Assembly: GCF_006345805.1 (NCBI RefSeq)
Contig: NC_042999.1
Location: 146,072,001-146,136,000 of the forward strand
Direction of reading: 5' to 3'
DNA: 64,000 bases
From: Octopus sinensis
Lineage: Eukaryota
This document shows positions 26,490 to 38,954 of this stretch, in pieces; within the stretch, counting starts at the first letter, position 1; each line of letters begins with the position of its first letter. Position numbers and translations under genes: made by a program. A model generated the notes under the pieces. It did not search any database. It worked only from the letters and a program-made list of their open reading frames with translations, and was not told where the DNA came from.

Positions 26490-27835
26490 TATATCATCAT
26501 CATTGTCGTTTAACGTCCACTTTCCATGCTGGCATGTGTTGGATGGGTTTATTGAGGACTGGGAAGTCAGAAGGCTGCACCACACTCCAATCTGATCTGG
26601 AAAAGTTTCTACAGCTGGATGCTTTTCCTAATGACAACCACTCCAAGAGTGTAGTGGGTGCATTTTATGAGCCACTGGCATGAGAGCCAGTCAGGCACTA
26701 CTGGCATCGACCACACTCAAATCGTGTTTTTTATGTGCCACTGGCACAGGAGACAGTCAGATGACACTGGCAACAATCATGCTTGAATGGTGCTTTTTAT
26801 GTGCCACCAGCACTGGAGCCAGTCAGGTGTCACTGGCAATGATCATGCTCAAATGGTGGTTTTAATGTGCCTTTGGCATGGGTGCCAATCAGGCGGTACT
26901 GTCATTGGCCATGATTTCACTTCCCTCAACAGGTCTTTGCAAGTGCAGTTTATTGCCCAATGATTGACGGGTACTCTGTTAAATGGGCTGGTTATGCTGC
27001 ACTGCCATAGGCCATGGTTATGGTCTCACTTGGCTTGCATATCTCCAAAGGACTCGGTCACTTGTCATTGCCTCGGTGAGGCCCAATGTTCGAAGGTCGT
27101 GCTTCACCACCTGATCCCAGGTCTTCATGGGTCTAACTCTTCCACAGATTCCATCCACAGTTAGGGAGTGGCACTTACGCACACAGCTTTTCACATCCAT
27201 TCTCGCCACATGACCATACCAGCACAGTCGGCTCTCTTGCACACCACATCTGATTCCTCTTAAGTCCAACTTTTCTTTCTGGGTGCTTAAACACTGTCAT
27301 GTACGCACACTGACATTACATATCCAGCGGAGCATACTGGCTTCATTCTTGCAAGCTTACGCATGTCCTCAGCAGTCACGGCCCATGTTTCACTGCCATG
27401 TAGCATGGCTAGGTACAGAGGTTTATTTTGGCTAGGTATTTCTCCTGCAGCTGTATTACCAGAAATATAGCATTAGTGGTGTTTTTCCCTGGCAAAAGCC
27501 CAAACTGCATCTTGTCTAGACTGATAGACTGACTCCCTAATTAGTTAGGCTATGACCTTCTCTGTGACTTTCATTACCTGATCCAATAACTTGATACCTC
27601 TGTAATTATTTGTATCTGACGCATCACCTTTACCTTTGTAATAGTTGACTACAGTGCTGCTACACCAGTCATTGGGTATCATTCCTTCATGTATCACCTG
27701 ATTGACTATACGGGTGACTAGACTATAGCTAACACTGCCAGATATTTTAAGCATCTCTGCGGTGATTCTTGATGGGCTGGGGACTTGCCCTGTCTTCATA
27801 CTCTTAATTGCTTAATCTACCAAGGTACTGTCAAT
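26490..27835 (-). mobile_element. RTE LINE, internally deleted, with intact 3'UTR
   Basis: ITAEMLKISG...IPNDWCSSTVVNYYKGKGDA...NYRGIKLLDQVMK and RLCWYGHVARMD...GRVRPMKTWDQVVKHDL. The 3'UTR carries ~65-70-bp tandem tggcacataaaaagcacc subunits. Confidence 0.9.
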
Positions 27836-28586
27836 TCGAATAGCAATATATAATATATATATGTTGGTCCATAGGTGAAACCATAGAAATTTAAAATGAA
27901 AAATTATATATTTTGTACAATTACTACCACTTTTCTTTCTCACCATAGGAGTATTTGCACACACACACACACACACACTTTCTTGAAAACGGAAGTATTT
28001 TGAGTTGTTACTCTGACATAAAAGCAAGCAAGGTGGTTTTCTTAATGCAGTTTCAGTGTCAATGATTAAAAGTATCAATATTACTTTTTTTTTCTTTCTT
28101 TTTTCACAATATGAAACCATTTTTCAGGATATCCATTATCTGAGAAAGAAATCATCTTCAGCTACTGGTATTTGAAAATTTTTTAGTAAACATGAAGTGG
28201 CTGTGTGGTAAAAAGCTTGCTTCCCAACCACATGGTTCCAGGTTCAGTCCCACTGTGTGGCACCTTGGGCAAGTGTCTTCTACTATAGCCTCGGGCTGAC
28301 CAAAGCCTTGTGAGTGGATTTGGTAAATGGAAACTGAAAGAAGCCTGTTGTATATATGTGTTTGTTGTTTGTGTCCATTTGTCTCCCCACCATTGCTTCA
28401 CAACCAAAGTTAGTGTGTTTATGTCCCCATCACTTAGCAGTTTGACAAAAGAGACCAATAGAATAAGTACTAGGTTTAAAAGAATAAGTCCTGGGGTCGA
28501 TCTCTTTGACTAAAGGTGGTGCTCCAGCATGGACACAGTCAAATGACTGAAACAAGTAAAGGAACAAAAGAATGGATAGAAATATA

Positions 28587-28805
28587 AGTGAGGGTACTGC
28601 AAAGTTCTTGGTTTTAAGGGTATTGCAAAAGGCCTGCTTGGAGGCAAAACCTTCCGAGTTCTTTTACAGGAATTAGAAAAACTGAAGGACCACTGCAGTA
28701 AGTGTGTGAATCTGAGATGGGGATGTGTTGGATAAAATCATAATTAACTGATCCTCCTGTATTTTCTTTTAACCCAAAAGCCAGGAACTTTTCAGCACAC
28801 CCTAG
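28587..28805 (+). mobile_element. Mariner-derived MITE
   Basis: Degenerate TIRs gagggtactgcaaagttcttgg / ccaggaacttttcagcacaccctag|ta. Interior encodes the transposase tail ELEKLKDHCSKCVNLRWGCVG*. Confidence 0.75.
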
Positions 28806-29572
28806 TATGCAAGAATTCACCAATCAATCACGCATGCATGCACACATGCATAATCACCAAACCTATAAGTTTAGCCATAGCACTTACTCAGCATTACCCG
28901 ACACATTTGGACCTTCTTGACACCATTACCTCTCAAAACCTCATTATAAATGGTTATCCCAATCTCTTACTCTACTAAGCTATAGGAGTGGCTGTGTGGT
29001 AAGTGGTGCAGGAGTGGCTGTGTGATAAGTGGCGCAGGAGTGGCTGTGTGGTAAGTAGCTTGCTTACCAACCACATGGTTCTGGGTTCAGTCCCACTGTG
29101 TGGCACCTTGGGCAAGTGTCTTCTACTATAGTCTCAGGCTGACCAAAGGCTTGTGAGTGGATTTGGTAGACGGAAACTGAAAGAAGCCCGTCGTATATAT
29201 GTACATATATATATATACGTATGTGTGTGTATATGTTTGTGTGTCTGTGTTTGTCCCCCAACATCGCTTGACAACTGATGCTGGTGTGTTAACGTCCCCG
29301 TAACTTAGCGGTTCAGCAAAAGAGACCAATAGAATAAGTACTAGGCTTACAAAGAATGTCCTGGGGTCGATTTCTTTGACCACAGGCGATGCTCCAGCAT
29401 GGCCACAGTCAAATGACTGAAACAAGTAAAAGAGTAAAAGAAGAGAGTAATATATATATATATATATATATATATAATTGCTTTCTTTTTTGAAAAAAAA
29501 AAGACCTCACATCATTTACATACATCCAGACACTTTGAAAGATGCCTCCCTACTTAACTGTCTAAGTATACA

Positions 29573-29876
29573 TCTTTATATATAAAAGTGAAGTTGTGTG
29601 AGTGTCTGTCTCCTACGATTTAGATTCCTAACTACTCCCACATTTTGCAGTGCAGTTTAACCAAAAGCGGGTATCTTATAGTCGTGATTCATATCGAGCC
29701 CTTCTGGGTATTAGCGCGTGCCTACGATGAGTCTACAATTTAAAAAAAAATTTACCATCATTTTTTCCCATTTTTAATGCATTTTTTTTGCTATTATATA
29801 AGGGAAGTAACTCTCTAAAAATGCTTATATAGTTATTTCCCTTACAAACCCAAGCAATGTCGGGCGATACTGCTAG
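29573..29876 (+). mobile_element. Non-autonomous Helitron
   Basis: A|TCtttatatataaaag start, hairpin-like cccaagcaatgtcggg, tactgCTAG|T end. Confidence 0.85.
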
Positions 29877-30365
29877 TGGAATATATAGGATGATACGATT
29901 ATCAATAATAAAATTGAAAGCTGTATAATAAAGATGAGTCCTTTGAAATTGATGTTCGACTCTTATAGAAACATAATATCCTATTTTAGCCTTCTGAATT
30001 AGTGAATTCTTTTATATATTTCTCTTGATAATTAGTTCTTGAGTAATTTCCAAATACCAACAGGCAAGAATATTTAATTTCTTATATAATGGGTTCATCA
30101 TATGTTAAAAAATGGTAACGTTAAAAAAACAACAGAAAAAGCAAAAAAAAAAAAAGCATGAAGTTATCCATCAAAATTAAATATTTGTTAACAATTGTGT
30201 CTTCCTTACTCTTGTGCGTTTTATATATATAATACTGAAGGCTTGAAGATTACTATATGACTTTACATGTGAACAGATGAACACAAATATTCTGAATGTG
30301 ACATCTAAATAGATGAATGCATGTCATACTCATCTTGATGACTAATCATAAATCTGTCCATTAAT

Positions 30366-30870
30366 TACAGTATTTACATTGGATGGATATATGTTCTCCA
30401 GCCTTCATCGGGTGTCCTGGTAGAATTTAGAACCCAACCCTGGGTTCTTATTTGTAAGGTATTCTTTTGCTGATGTTATTAGTATTATTATTATTATTAC
30501 TTATTCAAGGCACTGCCTGGAATTGAACTCACAATCTTGGGGTTAGTAGCCCACACTTTAACTATTAACTATAACCATTACGTTATATGCCCACAGGCAT
30601 ATAGTGTAATGGTTAAGAGCATGGGCTACTAACGCCAAGATTGTGAGTTAAATTCCAGGCAGTGTCTTTAATAAATAATAATAATAATAATAATAATAGC
30701 AATAAGAATAATAATAAGATCAGCAAAAGAATACCTTAGGAATGAGAACCCAGGGTTGGGTTCAAAATTCTACTAGAACACCTGATGAAGGCTGGAGAGT
30801 AAATCAGCTGAAACGTGGTGGTAACAACAAACAAGATGAGCACACATATCCATCCAATGTAAATAATGTA
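30366..30870. repeat. Head-to-head inverted pair of tRNA-headed elements with (TAA)n and a hammerhead-like tail
   Basis: Centre atatgcc-cac-aggcatat. Each arm: A-box tagtgtaatgg, B-box-like gagtt(a/c)aattcc, (TAA)n, gatcagcaaaagaatacctt..., ctgatgaaggctgg..., catccaatgtaaata. Confidence 0.88.
30776..30822 (+). ncRNA. Penelope-type minimal hammerhead-like motif, probably inactive
   Basis: aacac-CUGAUGA-a-ggctg..cagct-GAAAC-GU-G-gtggt. Palindromic ACGU stem III, but position 17 is G (not an NUH site). Confidence 0.55.
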
Positions 30871-31365
30871 AATATTGTACAGAATTCCTCGGCTCAAAAA
30901 TATAGAATCATAATTGTTTTATTTAGCAAAATAAAATTCAGAGTAATATACTGAAAAGTTGAACTTTTAATCAAATATACAAACTCTATGCATCCAGTAC
31001 TTTTTCCTTCATTGATAAACACACATGCTCACAGTTCAATGTCTCATAATGAGGCATAAAATTCTTACTCATCACAAGTATTAAATTTTCTCTTTTTTCT
31101 ATGTGTAATCATACCATGAGTACTACACATCATCTTTTATATATGTGTATATGTGTATACAAACATGAAATGTGTCTATTTAGCATGCTTATTCTAAAAA
31201 TAATGAATGCATTTTGTATGATTTGCTGAAACTTATATCATAAAAAAAGTAGATCTTTGTCTGTCTGTCACATCAATTTGAGGGAGGGAAAGAAGGGTAG
31301 GAATCAAAATATATATCACAATGGGAATTTAGAAAGAGAGGAGAAAAAGTTGTTGAGAGAGAGAC

Positions 31366-31398
<33 letters not shown>

Positions 31399-31794
31399 TA
31401 GATAGATAAGTAGGTAGCTATGTAGGTAGTGTTGTCACCATAGTAACTAACAAGTTTTGATTAAAAACGTGAGAATCTTAAGGGCGAGCCTGTCAACACA
31501 ATGCAACACAGCTTTAAAAAGCTTTCATTATATAAGAATATAGATTGTTACTGTTTTGGTTGTTTGTGTGCGTGCATAAACTGTGTGCATGCATGTGAGT
31601 GTGTGTCTGTGTTTCTGTATGTCTTTCAACATAGAGACAATGCAATACAAACTTTTAAAAATGGCTTTCACCATAATGACAGGTTGTTATTGTTGTTGTT
31701 GCCGAGAGAAATTCAGAAGAGAGAGATGGACAGACAGACAGAGAGTGTATGTGTGCATGTGTGTGTGAGTGCATGTGCTCATATGTGTGTATAT

Positions 31795-31987
31795 TTGTGT
31801 GTATGCATGAAAGAAATAAAAATTGGTTTCAAGAAAAAAAACAGATCCTTGTTGATGTTGAGAGAGAAATAGCGAGAGAAAGAGAGAGGAAGACGTAGAC
31901 AGTGTATGTCTGTGTATGTGAGTGTGTGAAAGAAATAGAAATGGTTCCGAAAAAGCAAGCCTTTGTTGTTGTTGAGAGAGAAATAGT

Positions 31988-32033
<46 letters not shown>

Positions 32034-32320
32034 GACAGTGTATGTGTGTATGTGCTCATATATGTGTGTGTGTGTATGTGTGAGTACGTGTGCTCATGTG
32101 TGTGTGTGTGTGTGGAAGAATTAAAATTGGTTTCAAGAAAAAACAGGTCTTTATTGCTGAGAGAAATAAAGTGAGTGAAAGAGAGAGGGATACAGAGAGT
32201 GTACGTGTGTGTGTGTGTGTATGCATGAAAGAATTAAAATTGGTTTGAAGAAAATAAACAGGTCATTGGTGTTGTAGAGAGAGAGAGAGAGAAAGTGAGT
32301 GTGTGTATGTGTGTATAAAA
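31795..32320 (+). repeat. Degenerate compound minisatellite (4 units, ~100-190 bp, each with GA and GT tracts)
   Basis: Unit head gaaagaa(a/t)taaaattggtt(t)caagaaaaa..agg/atc..ttgttg..gagagagaaat recurs at ~31810, 31930, 32115, 32228. Confidence 0.75.
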
Positions 32321-32429
32321 GATAGACAGATAGGTAGACTGTTGTCACCATAGTAACTAACGATACTTTCACTATATAACAGTCTACTATGAAAAGAAGG
32401 TGTGTGCATGATTAACAAATATTTTTATT

Positions 32430-32770
32430 GACAGTGATGGGGATGCTGGGATTGGAGGAATGGCTGGCAAGGGTGAATGGAGTGTGGTGGTTTGGGCTTG
32501 TGTTGAGGAGGGATGATGAACATTTTCTGAAGAGGGTGCTTGAGTTTGAGGTAAATGGAGCATGAAAGAGAGGTAGACCCAGGGAAAGGTGGAGGGGAAA
32601 AGTGGAGGAGGAGATTGGGAGGGTTGGCTTCAGAAGGGAGGATACCCAAAACAGGGCAAGATGGTGAAATGGTGTGAGGGCAATTGCAATGACACTGAGG
32701 CAGATCCAGCCACCCATGTTAATGGAGACAAAACCCAGATTTAAAACACTGGTTGATGATGATGATGATG
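32430..32770 (+). mobile_element. RTE-type LINE 3' end (third family)
   Basis: NGVWWFGLVLRRDDEHFLKRVLEFEVNGA*KRGRPR, ending in (GAT)n. Confidence 0.75.
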
Positions 32771-34129
32771 ATGTAGAGACAGGTATAATATAAATAAAAT
32801 CAGAGTAACTTGCAAAGCTAAGAAAAAGACCCCTTGACTGACTGAAGTTGAGTAGAGGAGGAGATATCTTTATGCAAGGTGTTGAGAGGCTAAAGTATGA
32901 CAGATGTGTCTTTCTATAGAGGAAGTACATGGCTGGACCCCACCCTGACCCCTGTATAATATAGGGAGAAGCTGGAAAGAAGACACTGATAGGGGGTAAA
33001 GAAAAATATAGATAGAAAAATAAGAATTCATTTGAAGAAATTCTTGATAGGAGGAATTCCGACCATGTTTTGTGGTTCGCTACCTCAACAGCTCCTTTAT
33101 AGGATCCAGTGGCTGAAGACATCATCAGGAGGAGCCACATCCGGTTTCGGCCCACACATCATCATCATCATCATCATCCTTATTTAACATCCATGTTCCT
33201 TACTGGCATAGGTTGGACTGCTGATGCACACACACACATCCACCCACAGACGTGCACACACATCCACCCACGGATATGCACACACACACACACATACACA
33301 TGCCTATATATCCACATGTGTGCACACATGTAGAGGATTGGTTTGATTGAAGATTGCTTCAAACACTCAGTCATTGAGTCATTTATGTAACTTTACATGA
33401 GATGAAATTAAACACACACACACACGCACATACACACACACACACAAATGCACACACACATACACACCTACACACACATGCACACACATATACATGCATA
33501 TACATGTACACACAGACACACACACAAAGGGCAAAAAAGTACACTGCATATACAAATGTATATGATTACATTCACAGCAGTATCAGGATCAGTAATATCC
33601 ATGAATTAGTAATGAAAGGAAAGAAAAATGAAACACAAAGAGAGAGAGAGAGAGAGAGAGAATAGGAAAAAGAGAGAGACAGAATAAGAGAAAGAGAGTG
33701 AATGAGTGGAGTGAGAAAAGCATCTGAAATCTGTAGAATTTAGAATGAAAGAAACAAGAGAGGAAAAGGAAATCATTTGTACAAAGTGAAGAGGGAGGGT
33801 TTAAACATGCTTAGCTTTAGTTAACAAGCAAGAATTATCTGGTCAGCTATGTATTTTAGGAATCATCAAGTTCTCCACATGATTTCCAGTGCAAATTTAC
33901 AGCGAAATGTTTGTATTTTCCTGCATTTGAAATTTGCATTTATTATTTTTTTTGCTCGGTTTCGGTGATGCCGCTCATAATGGTGATGCATACGTGTAAT
34001 CTGTCTGTGTAAAGAAATGACAAATGGAAAATGGATTAATGGTCTAAGGGCTGTTATTTAAACTCTAATTTATTCTTCTCAAAGGTGATAGTAAATTAGT
34101 ACAGAAGCTAAGGATATAAGAAGATTATA

Positions 34130-34935
34130 TGTATGTATATATGTATGTCTCTTCTATTTTTTTAATTATTATAAATTTTCCACTGAGGAGGGAACCGGTT
34201 TCTAACAAAGATAGAAGGCTACATCTTTGGGATGTAGTTAACACAGACAAATTCACGTTTGGAATTTGAGAAAAGTCTTGCGTATTTTTACTGTTTCACT
34301 CTAAAATTGCACTGTTAATGTACAAATTAGCTGGTTGATTTCTTTTTCTGAAAATCCCAGTTTATCCAGATTCTCCTTCAAGCATTTACTAACAAAACCT
34401 AGTGCTCCAATTATTATTGGTATGAATATGAATTCATAGTCTGGATATAAACACTGGAGGTTTCAAGGCAATTGTCCATAGATATTCTCTTTTTCTTTGA
34501 TTTTCAAAGAGATATTTATACCTGCAGGGCAGCTGACCTCTATGACGGTACATACCTTTGCCCGTCTGTCCCAAACATCAATATCCAGCCCGTTATGTTT
34601 ACATTTGACAGAAGTTTTGATGGGAATATTCCACCAGTATTCCTTGAGTTGGTGTTTATGAATGTATTTCACACAAAGGTATTTTCTAAGTTTATTTCAG
34701 GACAGACTTTTTTGCAGATGGCATTGTAAATTGTTTTAGCAACAACATTGTGCCGCATAGGGAGGTAGTACCGTGACAACATTTTAGGACAGCTGCTAAT
34801 CACATGCATGATGTCTTTCACAGAAACATGACATAGCCTACACATGTGGTTGCACCTTAGGATTACAAGAGCGTCACTGTCTCTCTTGTTCATCATGTAC
34901 TTTGTGGCAATCTCCTGTTCCTGGATTGCAAATGC
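34130..34935 (-). mobile_element. R4/Dong-clade 3' fragment (CCHC knuckle, endonuclease, 3'UTR)
   Basis: MCRLCHVSVKDIMHVISSCPKMLSRYYLPMRHNVVAK and EYWWNIPIKTSVKCKHNGLDIDVWDRRAKVCTVIEVSCPA. Confidence 0.88.
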
Positions 34936-35347
34936 AAAGTATGTATGTATGTACGTATATATTCATTTTAATATTTCACTAAGGCTTAAGGAAGTGAGCT
35001 GGCAGAATCTTTATTGCATGGGAAAAAATGCAAGGCTGCATTTCTTATGACCTAATGATTTGAGTACGATTACTGCTAGGATAGGGTTGACTTAGCCTTT
35101 CATCCTTTTGGAATCAATAAAATAAGTGTCAGTTCATCACTAGGGTTGATGTAATCAACTTAACCCCTAACCTGGAATTGCTGAACTTGTGCCTAAATTT
35201 GAGACCAATATTTCACTTAGGCATAAGTGATATTACTAATCTTCATAAGCATCCAGTTACGATTGCATTGCATCTTATAGCAGAAACAACTGTAAGCTAA
35301 TGAAGTTCATTACATATTTTCTTGGTCTCTTGTCATTTAATTTCCTG

Positions 35348-35410
<63 letters not shown>

Positions 35411-35419
35411 ACACACTAG

Positions 35420-36627
35420 TGTTTGGAAAATAAATGCATTTTTTTCACCACTATGAAATATGAATCAACCAATCACATCAGAGCTAAGGTTGAATGGGTG
35501 GCAACTGTCTAAAATAGTATACCATCTCTTCTAACTAGCAGTGTGTCTTTCATAGTTACTTCAGTAATTAACTCCACAGAGGATAAGAACTTTATGAAAC
35601 AGCATAGTTGCTGTAGCTAACTGTATAAGTTTCAAAAGAAAATTACTGCTACAGAAGCAATAAAAGACATTTATATCCAGATGCAGTGAAAGCTTATTCA
35701 TGTCAGCTGTGGTTTAAAAGGTTTTAAGATGGTGATTGTAACACATCCAACATACCTTGCTCTGAAAGACCAACTCTGAATGATAACCTTTTGAAAGAAA
35801 TTAAAATAGCGGATCCACATCAATGTACCAGAGATATGTGCAACAATCCACAAACAACTCAAGCAAATAGAGGGAGTTTGGGTTCCACAAGAGTTTATGC
35901 TTGAGAACAGAACACAACATTCCATCATCTGTAGCAGTCTTCTAACCAGAAATAACAATTTGACATTTCTCCATTGCATTGTTACAGGTGATGAAAAATG
36001 GATTTTGCATCACTACAGAATCTGAAAAAGACAATGGTTATCATGTAATGAGAAGCCAGTGCCAACACCAAAACCAGAACTCCATCCACAAAACTCCTTG
36101 CTCTGTGTTTGGTGGAACAAGAGAAGTGTCATCTATTATGAGCTACTGGAACATAGAAAGACCATCAATGCAAATATCTATTGCCAACAACTTGTGTAAA
36201 TGAAAAATTATGTTGAAAGTGGCCAGCTTTGGTAAATGGAGAAAGTGTTATTCATCAGCATGACAATGCATGGTCACACTCTTCAAAATAAACCCAAGAA
36301 AAAATCATTAGAATGGGAAGTTCTTCCACATCCTCTACACTCATCTGTCTTTGCACCTATGGATTTCCATTTGTTCTAATCACTAGAATATTTTATAGGA
36401 GGCAAAACATTCAGAAACAGAAAATCGAAAACAGGCTTTCAGACATTTTTCAGGAAAGAAAATAGGTTTCTTTGAATGTGACATAAAAAATGTTACTCAC
36501 CCATTTGGCTGCAGTTGTTGAAAATGATGGTGATTACATTCTTGATTAAAACTATTCAGGTAAACATAGTTTATGTTCATTCTAATATCTTTTCTGGTCA
36601 AATATAATTACTTTCCAGGCACCCTAA
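35420..36627 (+). mobile_element. Decayed mariner (Mos1/SETMAR-like) transposon
   Basis: VTGDEKWILHHYRI*KRQWLS...PKPELHPQ..LLCVWW..VIYYELL...TINANIYCQQL and ENDGDYILD*. Right TIR-like aattactttccaggcacccta. Left boundary approximate. Confidence 0.85.
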
Positions 36628-36793
36628 CAGCACCTACTACACTCTCGGAGTGGTTGTCGTTAGGAAGGGCATCCAGCTGTAGAAATTCTGCCAGATCAGA
36701 CTGGAGCCTGGTGCAGCCATGTGGTTTGCCAATCCTCAGTCAAATCGTCCAACCCATGCTAGCATGGAAAGCGGACATTAAATGATGGTGATG

Positions 36794-36840
<47 letters not shown>

Positions 36841-36865
36841 CTAGTGCCTATATGAGCAGAAGAGT

Positions 36866-38460
36866 ATGCATGGATATGTTACTAGAAAGCTCTGTGATGA
36901 TAGTAATGTCGATCATCAAAGCAGTTCATCATGGACAAATAGCCGGGTTACTAATTCCCACTTTGAAGGGTATGTGTTTGCAATTCAAGAGCAGGTAATA
37001 TCAGCCAAGCATCTGATGCACAAAAGGGATAGAGATTCAGGAAAACCCATAACATGTGACAACCAATTCAGACTTTGTGGAGTTCACACTGAAGATATCA
37101 CCCATATCATAAGCAGTTGTCCAAAAATGTCATCACGGTATTATCTACCGATGAGACATAATGTTGTAGCTAGGACACTCTATAATGAAATCCATCAGAA
37201 AGATAATCCCGAAGACAAAGAAATAAAAACCCACAATATGGTAGAAGCCATAGCCACTCACAATAAAAAGGAATACTGGTGGAATGTACCAGTGAAGACC
37301 TCAATAAAATGTAAGCACCACACACCGAAACTATGCACAGTTGTGGAAATTATCTGCCCAGCGGATGCTAATATAAAGCTGAAGATCGGTGAAAAAGAGA
37401 GGACTTATGCTGAACTATTGAGAAATCTGCAGTTACTCTATCCAGATTACATGTTCAGGTTTATACCTGTAATTCTTGGGGCCCTGGTAAATGTAACACA
37501 CTGCCTAAATACAAATCTTGAAAAATTAAGCTTCTCAAAACCAGAAAAGAAAAAGCTGATTTAAAGGCTACATATCCAATCCATCACAGGAACTGTAAAA
37601 ATCTGTAAAACTTTCCAGAAGTTAAGCATTTAAATATATATGAGCATGTCTAGATATGGAAACTTATGCATGAGAATACATACATAAACTAGTAAAGCAC
37701 TTGGAGAGCGCAGACCTCTGCCAAGCAGCTCATTTCCACCCATATACACGCATGCTGAAAATCACCCAATTTCCCAAACCAACTCTGGCAAAAACATAAC
37801 CTCCTTGGTGGGTTTAAAATAAATAACACAGCCAAATGATTTTTAAAAAAAAACCTTTAAAAACAGGAATCAGCTGAAGCAGTTATAATACATCAATGAC
37901 AACAGCAAGCTATTTTCATCATACAATGAAAAAAAAAACAACAATTACCTAAAGCTTGAGTGATACACACACAACGCAAGTAAAATTACTAATAGAGAAA
38001 CAAAAATAAACTTTGGAAACAGCAACACCACCATAGGTTACGTTGAAAGGATGAACATGCTTTCAAGGGAGATAATCAAAGAACATAACATTGTAATACT
38101 TCATGTAAAGTAAATATAACAAATGAAAGATCCTTCAAGAATCCATAAAATTCCCAGATCACTACCAAAATTTCATCATCTGTTCCTTGTGTCATTACTA
38201 GCACTTTCTGCAAGTTTCATCAAATACGTTCACAACTGTTTGAGTTATTTTGCACACAGACGGACAAACCAATGCCGATGAAAACATAACCTCCTTCCTT
38301 GGCAGAGGTAAACATACAAATCTGCACATACATACAAACTAAAATACCCTGTTGTTGATGTTGAAATTCCAATGAAGGAGCCTTGGAACTAGGTTAGAAA
38401 CCGGTTCTTTCTCTACTGGCAAGGAATCTTGAAATAAACTGAATAACGTCACACAAACAT
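36866..38460 (+). mobile_element. R4/Dong-clade 3' fragment (232-aa open frame) with 3'UTR split by a Helentron-like insertion
   Basis: EGYVFAIQEQVI...RLCGVHTEDITHIISSCPK...RHNVVA...VEIICP...FIPVILGALV. The 3'UTR resumes at ~38312 (catacaaatctgcac...gttagaaaccgg). Confidence 0.9.
37689..38311. mobile_element. Non-autonomous Helentron/Helitron2-like element, copy 1
   Basis: CTAG at one end. Perfect 12-bp subterminal IR acctctgccaag (37714-25) / cttggcagaggt (38298-309). Body shared with 50176-50905. Confidence 0.65.
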
Positions 38461-38733
38461 ACTTATATTGTTGAGCAGTACATTCTTGGTTATAGCATAT
38501 AACCAGTCAGAAAGATATCGTTGGTTTGGCTTCTGCTGTTGCAGTCGGTAATATTGTCAATTCATATATGGATGAATGAATGTATAGATATATAGTGTTT
38601 GTTTGTTTAATATCTGCTTTTCCATGTGAGCATATGGACTGATTTGAGGTGAGATCTTACAAATGGATGTTCTTCTTGTCATCAGCACTTAACTGTTTTG
38701 CAAGTAAAGGGGGTTTATTCCCCAGGCTTTTAA

Positions 38734-38954
38734 CCCTTTAGCATTTAAACCGGCCATATCCGGCCAAAAGTATTCTGTCTGTTCTATGTTCAAACTGGCC
38801 AGATCTGGTCTCTCACACCAACCCTACAATATCGTTTTAAAAATTAACAGCTACCTCATCAAAATCTCATAGCTACAAGATAATGCATGATTAGTTCAAG
38901 ACAAAGTGGATGAAAAAGCATTAATTTTGGCAGAATAATGCGAACACTAAAGGG
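38734..38954. mobile_element. piggyBac-type MITE
   Basis: TTAA|CCCTTTAG ... CTAAAGGG|TTAA, with TSDs at 38730-33 and 38955-58. Confidence 0.92.

Noticed and set aside
26680-26930. CRISPR-like repeat/spacer appearance of tggcacataaaaagcacc units
   Set aside because: Eukaryotic context, 'spacers' are homologous to each other, and there are no cas genes. These are RTE 3'UTR subunits.
30596-30665. Functional tRNA gene
   Set aside because: A/B boxes are present, but there is no closing acceptor stem and it continues into (TAA)n and a repeat tail. It is a SINE head.
32412-33155. Longest ORF in the track (247 aa, minus)
   Set aside because: Much of it is the antisense of an RTE 3' end plus (GAT)n and purine-rich repeats. 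It has low complexity and no domain or splice support.
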